A stretch of 64,000 nt of DNA from an uncultured bacterium (GTDB taxonomy: Bacteria > Krumholzibacteriota > Krumholzibacteriia > JACNKJ01): positions 2,464,001 to 2,528,000 of the forward strand of contig CAVOFT010000001.1 of the NCBI GenBank assembly GCA_963695095.1, in the 5' to 3' direction. The translations under genes and the position numbers were made by a program. Positions 1 to 10,433 of the stretch are shown one piece after another (the stretch's first letter is position 1; every line of letters starts with the position of its first letter). The notes beneath the pieces are model-generated. The model saw only the letters and a list, made by a program, of their open reading frames with translations. It searched no databases and had not been told where the DNA came from.

Positions 1-33
1 CGCGCCGACGTGGACGAAGATCTCCCGCTGCAT
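1..33 (-). CDS. N-terminal fragment of a gene running off the window (MQREIFVHVGA...), possibly Rne/Rng-family ribonuclease
   Basis: ATG at 33 preceded by purine-rich GAAGGGG. The 11 visible residues loosely resemble Rne/Rng N-termini; too short to be sure. Confidence 0.3.
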   Translation of the reverse strand, partial: MQREIFVHVGA

Positions 34-132
34 GCCACCCCTTCGCGCGTGCGCGCACGGGGCACCAGCCGCGCCGGGACGCGGGCCTCAACCGAGGGAA
101 GGGGCGGGCGCCGCTGCCCGCCGAGCGCCGAC

Positions 133-2052
133 CTAGGGCAGCGTCTCGAGGGTGATCATCACGCGCCGTGTTCCGGCCGGGAACAGCCATGCTTCGTAGA
201 GCAGCTGCCGGCCATCGGGCGTGAAGCGAGCGTAGAGCTCTTGTCCCGGGTCGTTGGTCACGCGGTTCACCGCGCCATCGACCTCGCGAATGTAGAGGTC
301 CGCGCTGCCGTGCGCACTCGAGCTGTAGACGATCCTGCCGCCGTCGTCGGCATAGGCCGGGTAGGCCTCCAGCGCCGCCGAGTTGGTCAGGTTCGCGCTC
401 CCAGTAACGGTGACTGTATCGGCCACAAAGTCCAGGGTCAGCCGATGGATGTCGCCGCCTTGCACATAGATCAGGTCACTTCCCGTCGGGTTGAAGAATG
501 GCTGGCGACCCCTGTCATTGGTCAGGGAGATGGGCACTGCCGTTGGGTCGGGCAGCCCATCCGCACCGATTCTTACCACCCAGATCCCATCGCGATTGTA
601 GTCGGCGTCCTCATCGCTGAGGCCATCCTCGTCGTCGTCGCGCACGGGATCGTAGTCGTTCTTGAGCAGGGCCCGCAGGTTCGCTAGCTTGACCTCAGGG
701 TCCTGCAGATCGCCGAGCGTATCCTCGCTCGTCCCGGGCCCACCGTCATTCTCCTCGTCTCCGGGGACACCGGGATAGCCATCGCCGTTCATGTCGCCCG
801 GCTGATCCTCGTCGATCTGGCCGTCGCCGTCGTTGTCGATGCGGTCGACCGGATCCTCGTCGAAGAGCCCGTCGCCGTCGTTGTCGATCGGAACGTAGGG
901 GTCCTCGTCGATGAGGCCGTCGTTGTCATCGTCGAAGCCATTGATGGGATCCTCGTCGACCGCGCCATCGCCATCGTCATCGAAGCCCGGATCCTTGCCG
1001 TCCTCGTCGAAGAGCCCATCGCCGTCATTGTCGAGAATGTCGAGAGGATCCTCGTCGATGAGGCCATCCTCGTCATCGTCCCAGGCGGGCAGATAGTTCT
1101 GCAAACTCCAGGCGTAGGTGTACGGGGCCGGGTTCTCCACCAGCATCGCCGCTACCTGGGGATCATTGAAGTCGATGCCATGATCGCCGTCGTCGTCGAT
1201 GTCGACGTAGCCCGGCGCGAAATCGCTCGTGCCGCCGGCCAGCACCTCGATCTCGCCCACGGGATCCTCGCCGACCTCGCCGTCGCCGTCATGGTCGTAG
1301 CGGTACAGCAGGGTGTCCGCGTAGGCCAGCCACTGCGCGCCGCCGGCCATCGGCGGCGAGACGCTGGCGTGGTTGCCGCCCGTGAAGCGCCAGTCCTGGC
1401 GCACACGCACCTTCGTGTACCAGTAGTCCCACACCGGCGGCCGGCCGCTTGTGTTCGAGTAGCCTGCCAGCGACGCATCGTAGTCGTTGACGATGTCCTC
1501 GAAGGGCCCACCCAGGGCATCCTGAGGTGCCACGGTGGAGGCGATCTGAGAGACCGCATTGTAGCCCATCGAGTAGAAGATGCGGTCCGTGTGGCCGTCA
1601 TAACAGAGCTGCCGGGGGCCGCTGAAGTAGACCGCGCCAGGATCGCTCGGGAATCCGCCGGCGCCATTATCGGCCTCGTAGCTGCCGATGGAACTGAACT
1701 GCTGATGATCGCTTCGCGTGTAGTGCACGCTGGGATCGTTGTCGTTGGGATACTCTTCCGTCGTCGGGAAGTGCTCGTAGAAACCGTCGCCATCGGCGTC
1801 ATCGAGCACGAGGCGGAAGATGTCGCCGGTGCCCTCGAAGAGGCAGGTGTAGGCGATCGCCAGCCGCTCGCCGTCGGCAGCCAGGGCCACGGGGGCACCC
1901 GCGTCCAGATTGACCGTCAACTCCAGGGAGCGGATCAGGGGGGTGTAGTCAGGCGGGGCCGTGCCCCCGTTCTTGCTGTCACAGGCTCCCAGCAGCCCCA
2001 GCGCCAGCGCCCCGAGCAGAGCGATTCCCCACAGCTTGAGACCATTCTTCAT
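133..2052 (-). CDS. Lipoprotein with acidic DxDGDG/DEDP repeats and C-terminal TolB/PD40-like beta-propeller repeats
   Basis: Lipobox LLGA-C at residue 24; many D-[ND]-D-G-D-G-x-[IFV]-D-E-D-P units; C-terminal NLTN..EAYPAYADDGGRIVYSS and YARFTPDGRQLLYE are PD40-like. Confidence 0.75.
   Translation of the reverse strand: MKNGLKLWGIALLGALALGLLGACDSKNGGTAPPDYTPLIRSLELTVNLDAGAPVALAADGERLAIAYTCLFEGTGDIFRLVLDDADGDGFYEHFPTTEEYPNDNDPSVHYTRSDHQQFSSIGSYEADNGAGGFPSDPGAVYFSGPRQLCYDGHTDRIFYSMGYNAVSQIASTVAPQDALGGPFEDIVNDYDASLAGYSNTSGRPPVWDYWYTKVRVRQDWRFTGGNHASVSPPMAGGAQWLAYADTLLYRYDHDGDGEVGEDPVGEIEVLAGGTSDFAPGYVDIDDDGDHGIDFNDPQVAAMLVENPAPYTYAWSLQNYLPAWDDDEDGLIDEDPLDILDNDGDGLFDEDGKDPGFDDDGDGAVDEDPINGFDDDNDGLIDEDPYVPIDNDGDGLFDEDPVDRIDNDGDGQIDEDQPGDMNGDGYPGVPGDEENDGGPGTSEDTLGDLQDPEVKLANLRALLKNDYDPVRDDDEDGLSDEDADYNRDGIWVVRIGADGLPDPTAVPISLTNDRGRQPFFNPTGSDLIYVQGGDIHRLTLDFVADTVTVTGSANLTNSAALEAYPAYADDGGRIVYSSSAHGSADLYIREVDGAVNRVTNDPGQELYARFTPDGRQLLYEAWLFPAGTRRVMITLETLP
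600..1300 (-). repeat. Coding tandem degenerate repeats encoding DNDGDGLIDEDP-type units
   Basis: Recurring tcctcgtcgatgaggcc / gtcgccgtcgttgtcgat on the + strand, in frame with the lipoprotein ORF. Confidence 0.8.
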
Positions 2053-2144
2053 GGAAACCTCACCTCGCGCGGAGGGCTCCGGACGGCGGAGGGGTGGGCG
2101 AAGGGCTTGGGATTCGCAAGCTTGCGTCTACCCTACGGGGATTC

Positions 2145-2173
2145 TGGATAGCACTCGCGCGCCCGGCTGTCAA
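2145..2173 (-). promoter_or_regulatory. Putative sigma70 promoter for the lipoprotein gene
   Basis: TTGACA-17 nt-TATCCA on the minus strand. Confidence 0.45.
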
Positions 2174-2287
2174 CTGCCGGCGGGCCCTTCGCCTCGACGC
2201 CCGATCTTGACGATTCAACGAGAAGATGGGGCCTGGCGCCCCCCCACGCAACCCGTTTCTATTGGGGAGTTTCCGAATCGGGCCGGA

Positions 2288-2987
2288 TCAGCCGCGGAAG
2301 CGGTAGCCCACCCCGCGCACCGTGCGCACGATGGCGCCGCCGCCGGGCAGTTCGCCCAGCTTGCTGCGCAGCCGGTTGACGAGGACGTCCACGGCCCGCT
2401 CGGTGTTGCCCTGCCCGCTCCCCCAGACCAGTTCCTGCAGGTCGTTGCGGCTGAAGGTCTCGTCGGGCCGGCTGGCCAACTGATACAGCAGCTTGAATTC
2501 CAGGGCCGTGAGCTGCACGGGATTGCTGCCCTCCCGGCTGACGCAGAGGCGGTCCGGCTGGATGCTGAAGCCCTCCAGACAGATGGCCGCCCCGCCGTCG
2601 CCGCTCTCCCGCACCCCGCTGCCGGCGCCGGAGCAGAGCGCGGATCCGCGCCAGCATTTCAGTGACATCCACGGGCTTGACCATGTAGTCGTCGGCCCCC
2701 TGATCGAGGCCGCTGACCTTGTCGCTGGGCTTGTCCAGCGACGTCACCATGAGAATGGGAATGGCGCGGGTCTCGCCGAGCTCGCGCAGCGAGCGGCAGA
2801 CCGCCAGCCCGCTTTCATCCGGAAGGAGCAGATCGAGGACGATGAGGTCCGGCTGCTCTCTGCGGGCCAGCGCGAGCGCGGAAGCCGCCGTCTGTTCGGC
2901 GAGCACGCCATAGCCCGCCTGCTCGACGCTGGCTGCGAGCATGCGCAACGTGCTCAGATCGTCCTCGACGATCAGGATCTTCTCCAT
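2288..2987 (-). CDS. OmpR/PhoB-family response regulator (REC + winged helix), one frameshift near 2600-2625
   Basis: KILIVEDD..PDLIVLDLLLP..GADDYMVKP in one frame; LTALEFKLL..VDVLVNRLRSKL..IVRTVRGVGYRF in another. Confidence 0.9.
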
Positions 2988-3069
2988 CGTTTCAATCTCC
3001 CCCGGTACCCATCGGCGCTCAGTCTAGCAGCGTATCCTCGAATATTGCAATCAAATGTGAGCGCAAGGA

Positions 3070-3103
3070 CTTACGAACCGTAAGCTGTCGCACAAATGCG
3101 ACA
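3070..3103. promoter_or_regulatory. Two adjacent inverted repeats in the divergent response regulator/PRODH intergenic region
   Basis: CTTACG-aac-CGTAAG (3070-3084) and TGTCGCA-caaa-TGCGACA (3086-3103) in a relatively AT-rich stretch. Confidence 0.45.
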
Positions 3104-3227
3104 ATTGGCGACAGGCGGGCTCCAGGACTCACTCTCGCCCTCCTTGACCGCGGGGGTCCACCGCCCTACCTTGGGCCTGCCCCCACTGGACCCTGGCCGC
3201 CAGCCCCAGCGCTTTGGAAAGGTCGCC

Positions 3228-4131
3228 ATGCCGTCCCTGCTCGATCGCAGCATCGCCGGGCTGCTCCCGGCAGTGCCGAAGCCAGTCGTCCGTCGCGTCT
3301 CCAGCCGCTACGTCGCGGGCGAGGACTTCCCCGCCGTCGTCGCCTTGGCGCGCGGCCTCGCCGAGCGCAATCTGCGCAGCACCATGGACATCCTCGGCGA
3401 GAACGCCCAATCCGCCGCTCAGGCTCGGCAGGCGGCCGCCGACTACCTCGAGCTGGTGGATCGCCAGGTCGCCGCCGGCGTCGACCGCAATGTCTCCATC
3501 AAGCTCAGCCAGCTGGGCCTCACTCTGGACAAAGAGCTCTGCCTCGAGAGCATGCGCAAGATCGTTGCCCGCTCGGCGGCCCAGGGCGGCAAGGTCCGCA
3601 TCGACATGGAGGACAGCGGTCTCACCGACGACACCCTCTGGGTCTATCGGTCCCTGCGCGCGGAGTTCGCCAACGTCGGCGTGGTGCTGCAGGCCTACTT
3701 GCACCGCACGCTGGCGCGACGTCGCCGCCCTGGCGCCGCTCACGCCGGACTACCGTCTCTGCAAGGGGATCTACATCGAGGCGCCGAGCATCGCCATCCA
3801 GGACCACGACGGCATCAATGCGAATTTCCTGCGCGCGCTGGCGGCGATGTTCGACGGCGGCAGCTACGTCGGCATCGCCACCCACGATGCCAGCCTCGTC
3901 GAAGGCGCCAAGCGGATGATCGCCGAGCGCGGCCTCGGGCCCGATCGCTACGAGTTCCAGATGCTGCTCGGCGTGCAGGAGCGCCTGCGCGATCGGCTGG
4001 TGGCCGAAGGCCATCCCCTGCGCGTCTACCTGCCCTACGGCAGCCAGTGGTACGCCTACTGCATGCGCCGCTTGAAGGAGAACCCGAGCGTCGCCGGCCA
4101 CGTCTTCCGCGCCATGTTCGGCCTCGGCTAG
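3228..4131 (+). CDS. Monofunctional proline dehydrogenase, frameshift near 3713
   Basis: RYVAGE, SIKLSQLG, RIDMEDS, GVVLQAYL, then RLCKGIY, IATHD, EFQMLLG, RVYLPYG..WYAYCMRRLKENP. Confidence 0.9.
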
Positions 4132-4169
4132 GGCGCGGCCCCCCTGCCCCCGCCGCGGCGACGCCGGAG

Positions 4170-5210
4170 CTAGTCCTCATCCCCCGGCCCGGCCGCCGGC
4201 AGGCCCAGACCCAGGCAGGCCAGCAGGACGGAGGCGTAGCTCCCGGGCGGGAGCGTGAAGCTCAGCCAGATGCCCCCTGCGGCGGCCTCCGCCGCCAGTT
4301 CCCCGACCGGCACGCGCAGCGGGCGGCGACCGCCGCGCAGGCGCGCCGCGAAGGCCGGCTCCCAGCCGCCAGCGGCAAGCAGGGCCACCTCGATGCGCCC
4401 GGGTTCGCCGGTCGGCGCCAGCATGCGCTTGCCGGGCAGGGGTCCGGTCGCGCTGATCTCCAGCCGCGCGGCCCGCGCGGCTTCCGCCTCCGCGTCCAGG
4501 ACCGGAAAGACGGCCCCGTGGCCGTGGATGTAGGCGAGATCGCCCGCGGCCAGCGCGGCAGCCTCCCCTTGCCGCGCCGCGCAGACCCGGTTGAAGAGCG
4601 CGGCCTGGAAGGCGCTGAAGAGGAAATCCTGAGCCCGCCCCTTCCGGCGATGGCTCGCGACCATGGCCTGTCGACCCCGCAGATGATTCTCGCCATCGCT
4701 GCCGAAGCGCTGCGGGCCGAAGTAATTGGGCAGGCCCGCCGCTGTCAGCTGCGCCAGGGCGGCGGCGAAGGCGGCCGGATCCGCCTCGCCCCGCAGGAAG
4801 AGCCGAAACCGATTGCCGGCCAGGTGGCCCAGGCGCAGCTTGTTGCGATGGGCCTGGGCCGAGAGCACGCGAAAGCGGGGATCGACGAGGGCGTCCAGCC
4901 GTCCCTCGCTGCCCTCGCGCGGGATCGAGAGCCGCTGGCGGGCCGTCGCACTGCGGTCCTTGCGCCCCGCCCAGCCGACGCTGCCCGGCGACAGGCCCAG
5001 GCGCTCGGCGATGAGGGCGGCCAGGCGCGGCGTGTCGATGTCGCGCTTCTCGATGTCCAGGTAGAGATGCTCCCCCTCGCCGCTGGCCGGATACAGGGGC
5101 AGCTCCTCGACGTGGAAGCGATCGGCGTCGGCGGGATAGGCAAGCGCCGCCGCCGGACCGGCGGCGAAGCGCAGGTCCCGCCAGGGATGCCATGCGGTCT
5201 CGGCGCTCAT
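4170..5210 (-). CDS. truD: tRNA pseudouridine(13) synthase TruD
   Basis: FHVEE, GEGEHL, AGRKDRSATARQ, KLRLGHLAGNRF, PNYFGPQRFG, FTLPPGSYA motifs. Confidence 0.92.
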   Translation of the reverse strand: MSAETAWHPWRDLRFAAGPAAALAYPADADRFHVEELPLYPASGEGEHLYLDIEKRDIDTPRLAALIAERLGLSPGSVGWAGRKDRSATARQRLSIPREGSEGRLDALVDPRFRVLSAQAHRNKLRLGHLAGNRFRLFLRGEADPAAFAAALAQLTAAGLPNYFGPQRFGSDGENHLRGRQAMVASHRRKGRAQDFLFSAFQAALFNRVCAARQGEAAALAAGDLAYIHGHGAVFPVLDAEAEAARAARLEISATGPLPGKRMLAPTGEPGRIEVALLAAGGWEPAFAARLRGGRRPLRVPVGELAAEAAAGGIWLSFTLPPGSYASVLLACLGLGLPAAGPGDED

Positions 5211-5797
5211 GGCTGGGCCTCCCCCTGCCGGTAGCGATAGCGATGGATGGCGCGGCCTTCCCGGCGATACTTGAGCTCGAAATGCGTGCCCGGCAGCTCG
5301 TCCTCGGGCCAGGCGAGCAGAGTCAGCGCCGGCGCTGCGGCCAGGAGCCGCGCGATCACGCGCGCGTAGTCCGCATGATCCGTGGTCACCCGCAGCTCGC
5401 CGCCCGGCGCGAGCACCCGCTGGGCTTCGGCGAGGAAAGCGGGAGTCAGCAAGCGGCGCTTGTGGTGGCGGCGCTTGGGCCAGGGATCGGGATGGTAGAC
5501 GTGCAGGGCGGCCAGACTCGCAGAGGCCACCTTCTCGCTGAGGAAGACCATGGCCTCCGCGCGCAGGATGCGCAGGTTGGGGGGCGACTCCTTGAGGATG
5601 CGCCGCTTGCCCTCGAGGAACCACTTGCGCGACAGCTCGACGCCGACGAAGTCGGCATCGGGCCGGCCCTGGGCCGACAGCAAGAGAAAGCGCCCCTTGC
5701 CGAAACCCAGTTCCAGCTCCACGGGTGCCCTGCGGCCGAAGACCGTCTCCCAGTCCCAGGGACCGGGAGCCTCGGCAGGCAGCTCGGGATCCAGCAT
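5207..5797 (-). CDS. trmB: tRNA (guanine-N7)-methyltransferase TrmB
   Basis: LELGFGKG, PDPWPKRRHHKRRL, TDHADY, THFELKY motifs. Confidence 0.93.
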   Translation of the reverse strand: MLDPELPAEAPGPWDWETVFGRRAPVELELGFGKGRFLLLSAQGRPDADFVGVELSRKWFLEGKRRILKESPPNLRILRAEAMVFLSEKVASASLAALHVYHPDPWPKRRHHKRRLLTPAFLAEAQRVLAPGGELRVTTDHADYARVIARLLAAAPALTLLAWPEDELPGTHFELKYRREGRAIHRYRYRQGEAQP

Positions 5798-5913
5798 GGC
5801 AGCCTCCGGCCCGAATTCTATAGCAGAGCCGTGCCGGCGCCTCAAGGTCCGGAGCGCGCCCCTTGCAACTTGCGTGCACCCTGGCGCTCTGCCAAGCTGC
5901 CGCGGGAGGCAAG

Positions 5914-6594
5914 GTGGCCGAGTTTCTGCACATGGTACTGGCCGGCAATATCGGCGCCGGCAAGACGACGGTGAGCCGTCTGCTCAGCGAGCGCCTGGGC
6001 TGGCGCAGCTACTACGAACGCGTCGATGAGAACCCCTTCCTGGCCGATTTCTATCGCGACATGCCGCGCTGGGCCTTCGCCCTCCAGCTCACCTTCCTCG
6101 TGCACCGGCTCGAGGATCATCGCCTGATCGCCGAGCGCGGCGAGAGCGCCATCCAGGACCGCAGCCTCCACGAAGACGCGCTCATCTTCGCCCGCAACCT
6201 GCACGAGCTCGGTATGCTCAACGCCGGGGAGTGGGATACCTACCAGCGCCTGTATCGCCAGGCGCTGGCCCTGCTCAGGCCGCCCGACCTCGTCGTCTAC
6301 CTGCGCCGCGGGCTGCCCGGCTTGCTGGCGAACATCCGCCAGCGCGGCCGCGACTACGAGGCCGCCATCGACCCGGGCTATCTCGAGCGGCTCAACGGCT
6401 ACTACGAGGCGTGGATCGCCTCCCGCCCGAGCGATCGCGTGCTGGTCGTCGAGGCCGACGCTCTGGACCTGGCCCGCGACGCGAGCGATCTGGACTGCCT
6501 CATCGCGCAGGTGCGCGCCGCCTGCCCGCAGCGCGAGCTGTTCGGACCGGCGCCGGCCCCGGCAGACCCCCGCTTCCGCCTGCTGCTGCCCTAG
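5914..6594 (+). CDS. Deoxynucleoside kinase
   Basis: GNIGAGKTT P-loop, ENPFLADFY, DRSLHED, RGRDYE. Confidence 0.9.
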   Translation: MAEFLHMVLAGNIGAGKTTVSRLLSERLGWRSYYERVDENPFLADFYRDMPRWAFALQLTFLVHRLEDHRLIAERGESAIQDRSLHEDALIFARNLHELGMLNAGEWDTYQRLYRQALALLRPPDLVVYLRRGLPGLLANIRQRGRDYEAAIDPGYLERLNGYYEAWIASRPSDRVLVVEADALDLARDASDLDCLIAQVRAACPQRELFGPAPAPADPRFRLLLP

Positions 6595-6682
6595 CCGGCG
6601 CCCCGTATTCCCCTTGGTGCGCGGCGCCGGATCGGCTACACTGTGGATCCCACTCCCGCCTTCGCCGTCCACCGGAGGCCGC

Positions 6683-8191
6683 ATGTCCGCGCCACCGCAG
6701 GCGCGGGTCTTGGCTCGCAGCGAGCACAACATCTCGCGGCGATACATCGACCCCGACGCACTGAAGATCCTCTACCGCCTGCACAACGCAGGCCACCTGG
6801 CCTATCTGGTCGGTGGCGGCGTGCGCGACCTCCTGCTCGATCGCGTGCCCAAGGATTTCGACATCGGCACCGACGCGACGCCCGAGGACATCCTCGACCT
6901 CTTTCGCAACAGCCGCGTCATCGGGCGGCGCTTCCCCATCGTCCAGGTGATGTTCGGCCGCGGCCAGGTCTTCGAGGTCGCGACCTTCCGCGCCCTCGAC
7001 GAGGCGGCCAGCGAGGAGGCGGACGCCGACCCTGAACTCAGCGATCAGGACACGCTCGAGGAAGAGGCGCGCCTGGAGGCGGAGGCCGACCGCCTGGTGG
7101 GCCTGAACGGCGAACCCGAAGCGGAAAGCGAGCAGGACGACGAGGACGAGGACGAACAGGAGGACAGCCCCCGGACCCTGCGCCCGGCGGCGGCGCGCGA
7201 GCAGGCTTCCCGCGCCCTGGCCGAAGCGACGCCGGGCGCCGCGCGCGCGCCCCGCTCCCGCCGCGGCTACGACCGCGGACGCCACCTGCTCGAGTTCGCG
7301 GATCAGCGCTACGGCAGCCCCGCCGAAGACGCCTGGCGCCGCGATCTGACGATCAACGGCCTCTTCTACGACATCGCCGACTTCAGCGTCATCGACTACG
7401 TGGGCGGCCTGGCCGATCTCGAGGCCGGCGTGATCCGCTCGATCGGCGACGCGGACGAGCGCTTCCAGGGCGATCCGGTGCGCATGATCCGCGCCCTGCG
7501 CCATGGCGGGCGCACGGGCTTCCGCATCGAAGCGGCCACCTGGGACGCCATCCTGCGCCACCGGGAGCGGCTGGCCGACTGCAGCAAGGCGCGCGTCCTG
7601 GAGGAGTTCTACCGCGATCTGCGCGGGGGCGCGGCGCTCGCCAGCCTCGCGCTCATGCGCCGGGCCGGTCTGCTGGCGGCAATCTTGCCCGCCCTGGAGG
7701 AGTTCTTTCCGCCATTGCCGCCCGCAGGCGACGCCCCCCTGCCCTGGCGCCGCCTGGCGCTTCTGGACGAGGCCATCGCCGCCGGCGAGGAGTTCAGCAA
7801 CGGCTTCCTGCTCGCGCTGCTGCTGGCCTTCCCGCTCCTGGACACCCTGCACGCCCGCGAGGCTGCCGCCGGCGGCGGGGCCAACGCCCGGGTGGATTTC
7901 GGGCGCCTGGCCTATCGCTTCCTGAAGCCGCTCACGGCCCGCCTCGGCGTCGCGCGGCGGGACACCGAACAGCTCTTCCTGATCGCGCTCAGCCAGCGCC
8001 GGCTGGCCGGCTGTCTCGACGGCCAGCCCGTGCCGGGCTTCTTCCGCAACAAGCCCTACTTCGGGGAAGCCTACCGGCTCTTCACTCTCGACGCCGAGAC
8101 CCGCGGCCTCGCGGCCCCGCCCCTGCTCTTCGGCGGTAGCCGGCGGCGCTCCCGACGCCGGCGCCGGCGCCGGCGCAGCCACGCCGAGTGA
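6683..8191 (+). CDS. pcnB: Poly(A) polymerase I (PcnB)
   Basis: [21 protein letters not shown] signature [26 protein letters not shown]; Arg-rich tail. Confidence 0.88.
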   Translation: MSAPPQARVLARSEHNISRRYIDPDALKILYRLHNAGHLAYLVGGGVRDLLLDRVPKDFDIGTDATPEDILDLFRNSRVIGRRFPIVQVMFGRGQVFEVATFRALDEAASEEADADPELSDQDTLEEEARLEAEADRLVGLNGEPEAESEQDDEDEDEQEDSPRTLRPAAAREQASRALAEATPGAARAPRSRRGYDRGRHLLEFADQRYGSPAEDAWRRDLTINGLFYDIADFSVIDYVGGLADLEAGVIRSIGDADERFQGDPVRMIRALRHGGRTGFRIEAATWDAILRHRERLADCSKARVLEEFYRDLRGGAALASLALMRRAGLLAAILPALEEFFPPLPPAGDAPLPWRRLALLDEAIAAGEEFSNGFLLALLLAFPLLDTLHAREAAAGGGANARVDFGRLAYRFLKPLTARLGVARRDTEQLFLIALSQRRLAGCLDGQPVPGFFRNKPYFGEAYRLFTLDAETRGLAAPPLLFGGSRRRSRRRRRRRRSHAE

Positions 8192-8782
8192 GCGGACGCG
8201 TCCTCGGTCCCGCCTTCTTCGCCCGCCCGGTGCTCACGGTCGCGCGGGATCTGCTCGGTCGCCATCTGGTGCGCGATCTGGACGGCGAGCGGCTCGTCCT
8301 GCGCATCGTCGAGACGGAGGCCTACGCCGGGCCGACGGATGCCGCCAGCCACGCCCGCGGCGGGCCCACGCCCCGCAACCGGGTGATGTTCGGCCCCCCC
8401 GGACGTGAGCTACGTCTACCTGATCTACGGCCTGCACCATTGCCTCAACCTGGTCTGCGGCGCGACGGGCGAGGCGGCGGCCGTGCTGCTGCGCGCGGGC
8501 GAGCCGCTGGCCGGCCTGGAGCGGATGGCGGCCCTGCGCCGGGGCCGTCCGCGCCGCGACTGGGCGCGCGGGCCGGGACGGCTCTGCGCCGCCCTCGCCC
8601 TGGATCGCCGCCACGACGGCCTGCCGCTGCCCCACGTCGAGCTGTGGCTCGAGGCCGGACGGCCCCTGCCGGCGGCGGCGACCCTGCGGCGGCCGCGCGT
8701 GGGCGTCGACTATGCAGGCGCAGCAGCCCGCTGGCCCTGGCGTTTCCTCGAGAAGGACTGTCCCTGGGTGAGCCGGCCCTGA
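8188..8782 (+). CDS. DNA-3-methyladenine glycosylase (MPG/Aag family), frameshift near 8407
   Basis: [26 protein letters not shown] then [28 protein letters not shown]. Confidence 0.9.
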
Positions 8783-8801
8783 AGGGCGGCCCGGCGGCCG
8801 G

Positions 8802-9965
8802 CTAGGCCGGGTTCTCGCTGCGCGCGATGCTCAGACCGCGGCGGGCCAGCTCGCCGAGGCAGCGCTCGGCCGGCACGGCCAGCTCGAGCGAGTGGGCGCC
8901 GGGCCCCGCCCCCTCGCCCCGGGCGATGAGACTGAGCACGGTGGCCGCGGGAAAGGCCGTCGTGCGCCGCATGGCGGACAGCCCCGTGGCCTCGTCGTAG
9001 ACGTCGATCATCTCGAAGCGGCGGCGCCGGCGGCCGGCGGGCGTCTCCCCCACGGCCTCCACCCGGAAGACGACCAGGTCGCGCACCCCCTCCTCGGTCA
9101 GCGCGCGCGTGAGCAGGGCGGCGCTGAGGGCGCGCGGGCTCGTCGGGCGGCCGTCGACCGCGACGGGCGCCTCGTCGAAGTAGCCGAGCGCTTTCAGGAG
9201 CCGGATCTTGGCGGCGTGGCCGGGATAGCGCACCGTCTTGTAGTCGAGCTCCTGGACGCGCCCGCGCAGCGTCCAGGGCAGGGTGCTGGTGCCGCCCAGG
9301 GTGGCGAAGGCCTCGCAGCGGCCCACGGGCGCCGGGAACTCGAGGCTCTCGACGTCCTCGAGGGTGGGCACCGTGGCCAGCTCGCCGCCCTTGAGCACCA
9401 CCGCCTCGCCCATGTACTCGTTGATCAGGCCGTGCACGGAGAAGAAGAGGCTGTAGTCGAGCGGCGGCCGCGGCTGCTGGGGCAGGCCGCCCACGCGGAT
9501 GCGCAGGCTCTCGACGCGCTCCATGTCCGCGATGGCCGCCATCGCCACCGTCGCCGCCAGGCCGGGGGCGAGTCCGCAATCGGGCACCAGGCTGGCGCCG
9601 CTGGCCCGCGCGAGCGGATCGAGTTCGAGCGTGCGGCGCACGATGTCCGTGTTGCCGCCGAGGTCCACGTAGTGCACGCCGCCGCGCGCGCAGGCCTCGG
9701 CGACGGGCAGATTGAGGAAGTAGGGCAGGGCGCTGAAGCAGGCATCGGCGTCGGCCAGCAGGGGCGACAGGGCGGCCGGGTCGCTCAGATCCAGGGCCTG
9801 GGTGCGCACACCGGCCGCGGCCAGCATGGGCAGCTCGCCGAGGCAGCGCGCGAGCGCCGCGGCATCGGCGTCGACCAGGGCGAGCGCCGTCGCGCCGCCG
9901 TGTGCCAGCAAGTCGTAGGCCGCGGCGCTGCCCTGGAGACCGGCGCCGAGGACGAGGACGCGCAT
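8802..9965 (-). CDS. Saccharopine dehydrogenase/lysine 6-dehydrogenase-like oxidoreductase
   Basis: VLGAGLQG Rossmann fold, [33 protein letters not shown]. Confidence 0.85.
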   Translation of the reverse strand: MRVLVLGAGLQGSAAAYDLLAHGGATALALVDADAAALARCLGELPMLAAAGVRTQALDLSDPAALSPLLADADACFSALPYFLNLPVAEACARGGVHYVDLGGNTDIVRRTLELDPLARASGASLVPDCGLAPGLAATVAMAAIADMERVESLRIRVGGLPQQPRPPLDYSLFFSVHGLINEYMGEAVVLKGGELATVPTLEDVESLEFPAPVGRCEAFATLGGTSTLPWTLRGRVQELDYKTVRYPGHAAKIRLLKALGYFDEAPVAVDGRPTSPRALSAALLTRALTEEGVRDLVVFRVEAVGETPAGRRRRRFEMIDVYDEATGLSAMRRTTAFPAATVLSLIARGEGAGPGAHSLELAVPAERCLGELARRGLSIARSENPA

Positions 9966-10351
9966 CAGTCGAAGACGCTGGTGTTGATCTTGTAGTAGAG
10001 CCACACCATGAAGAGCGAGGTGGCCGTCACGAGGCCCGCCACGGCCCAGCGGTTGGTCTCGCTCGTGCGCACCGAGACCACACTGGCCTGGGGCAGGGTG
10101 GTCTCCATGACGTACTCGGCCACGCCGTCCTCGATGCGCTCGACCATTTCGAGGCGGTAGTCACCCGTGTCCGTGACAGTGAGCGCCTGGGCGACGTAGA
10201 TGACGCCGTCCTTGTCCACGAGGCGGACGTTGCCGCGCAGGGCAGTGCCGCTGGGCGTGTCCTCGGGGTTCAGCTCCACGGAGCGCAGGCAGGCCCCCGT
10301 GGCGGTCAGCGTGAGCAGCAGCAGGGTGATCGCAAGCCAGCGTCTCGTCAT
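9965..10351 (-). CDS. Hypothetical lipoprotein with C-terminal hydrophobic segment
   Basis: MTRRWLAITLLLLTLTATGA-C lipobox-like signal; stop overlaps the next start. Confidence 0.65.
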   Translation of the reverse strand: MTRRWLAITLLLLTLTATGACLRSVELNPEDTPSGTALRGNVRLVDKDGVIYVAQALTVTDTGDYRLEMVERIEDGVAEYVMETTLPQASVVSVRTSETNRWAVAGLVTATSLFMVWLYYKINTSVFD

Positions 10352-10433
10352 GGTGGTCCAGCACTCCTCGGGCACTCGACATTTGGGGCCGCGGAACTCT
10401 AGCACGGGAATTCCGGCTCCGCAAGACCGCGGC

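Noticed and set aside
600..1300. Regularly recurring DNA repeats that could suggest a CRISPR array
   Set aside because: Degenerate at third codon positions, in frame within a CDS, and no cas genes nearby.
3096..5234. 712-aa ORF suggesting a PRODH fusion
   Set aside because: Artefact of the frameshift near 3713; the tail is antisense to truD.
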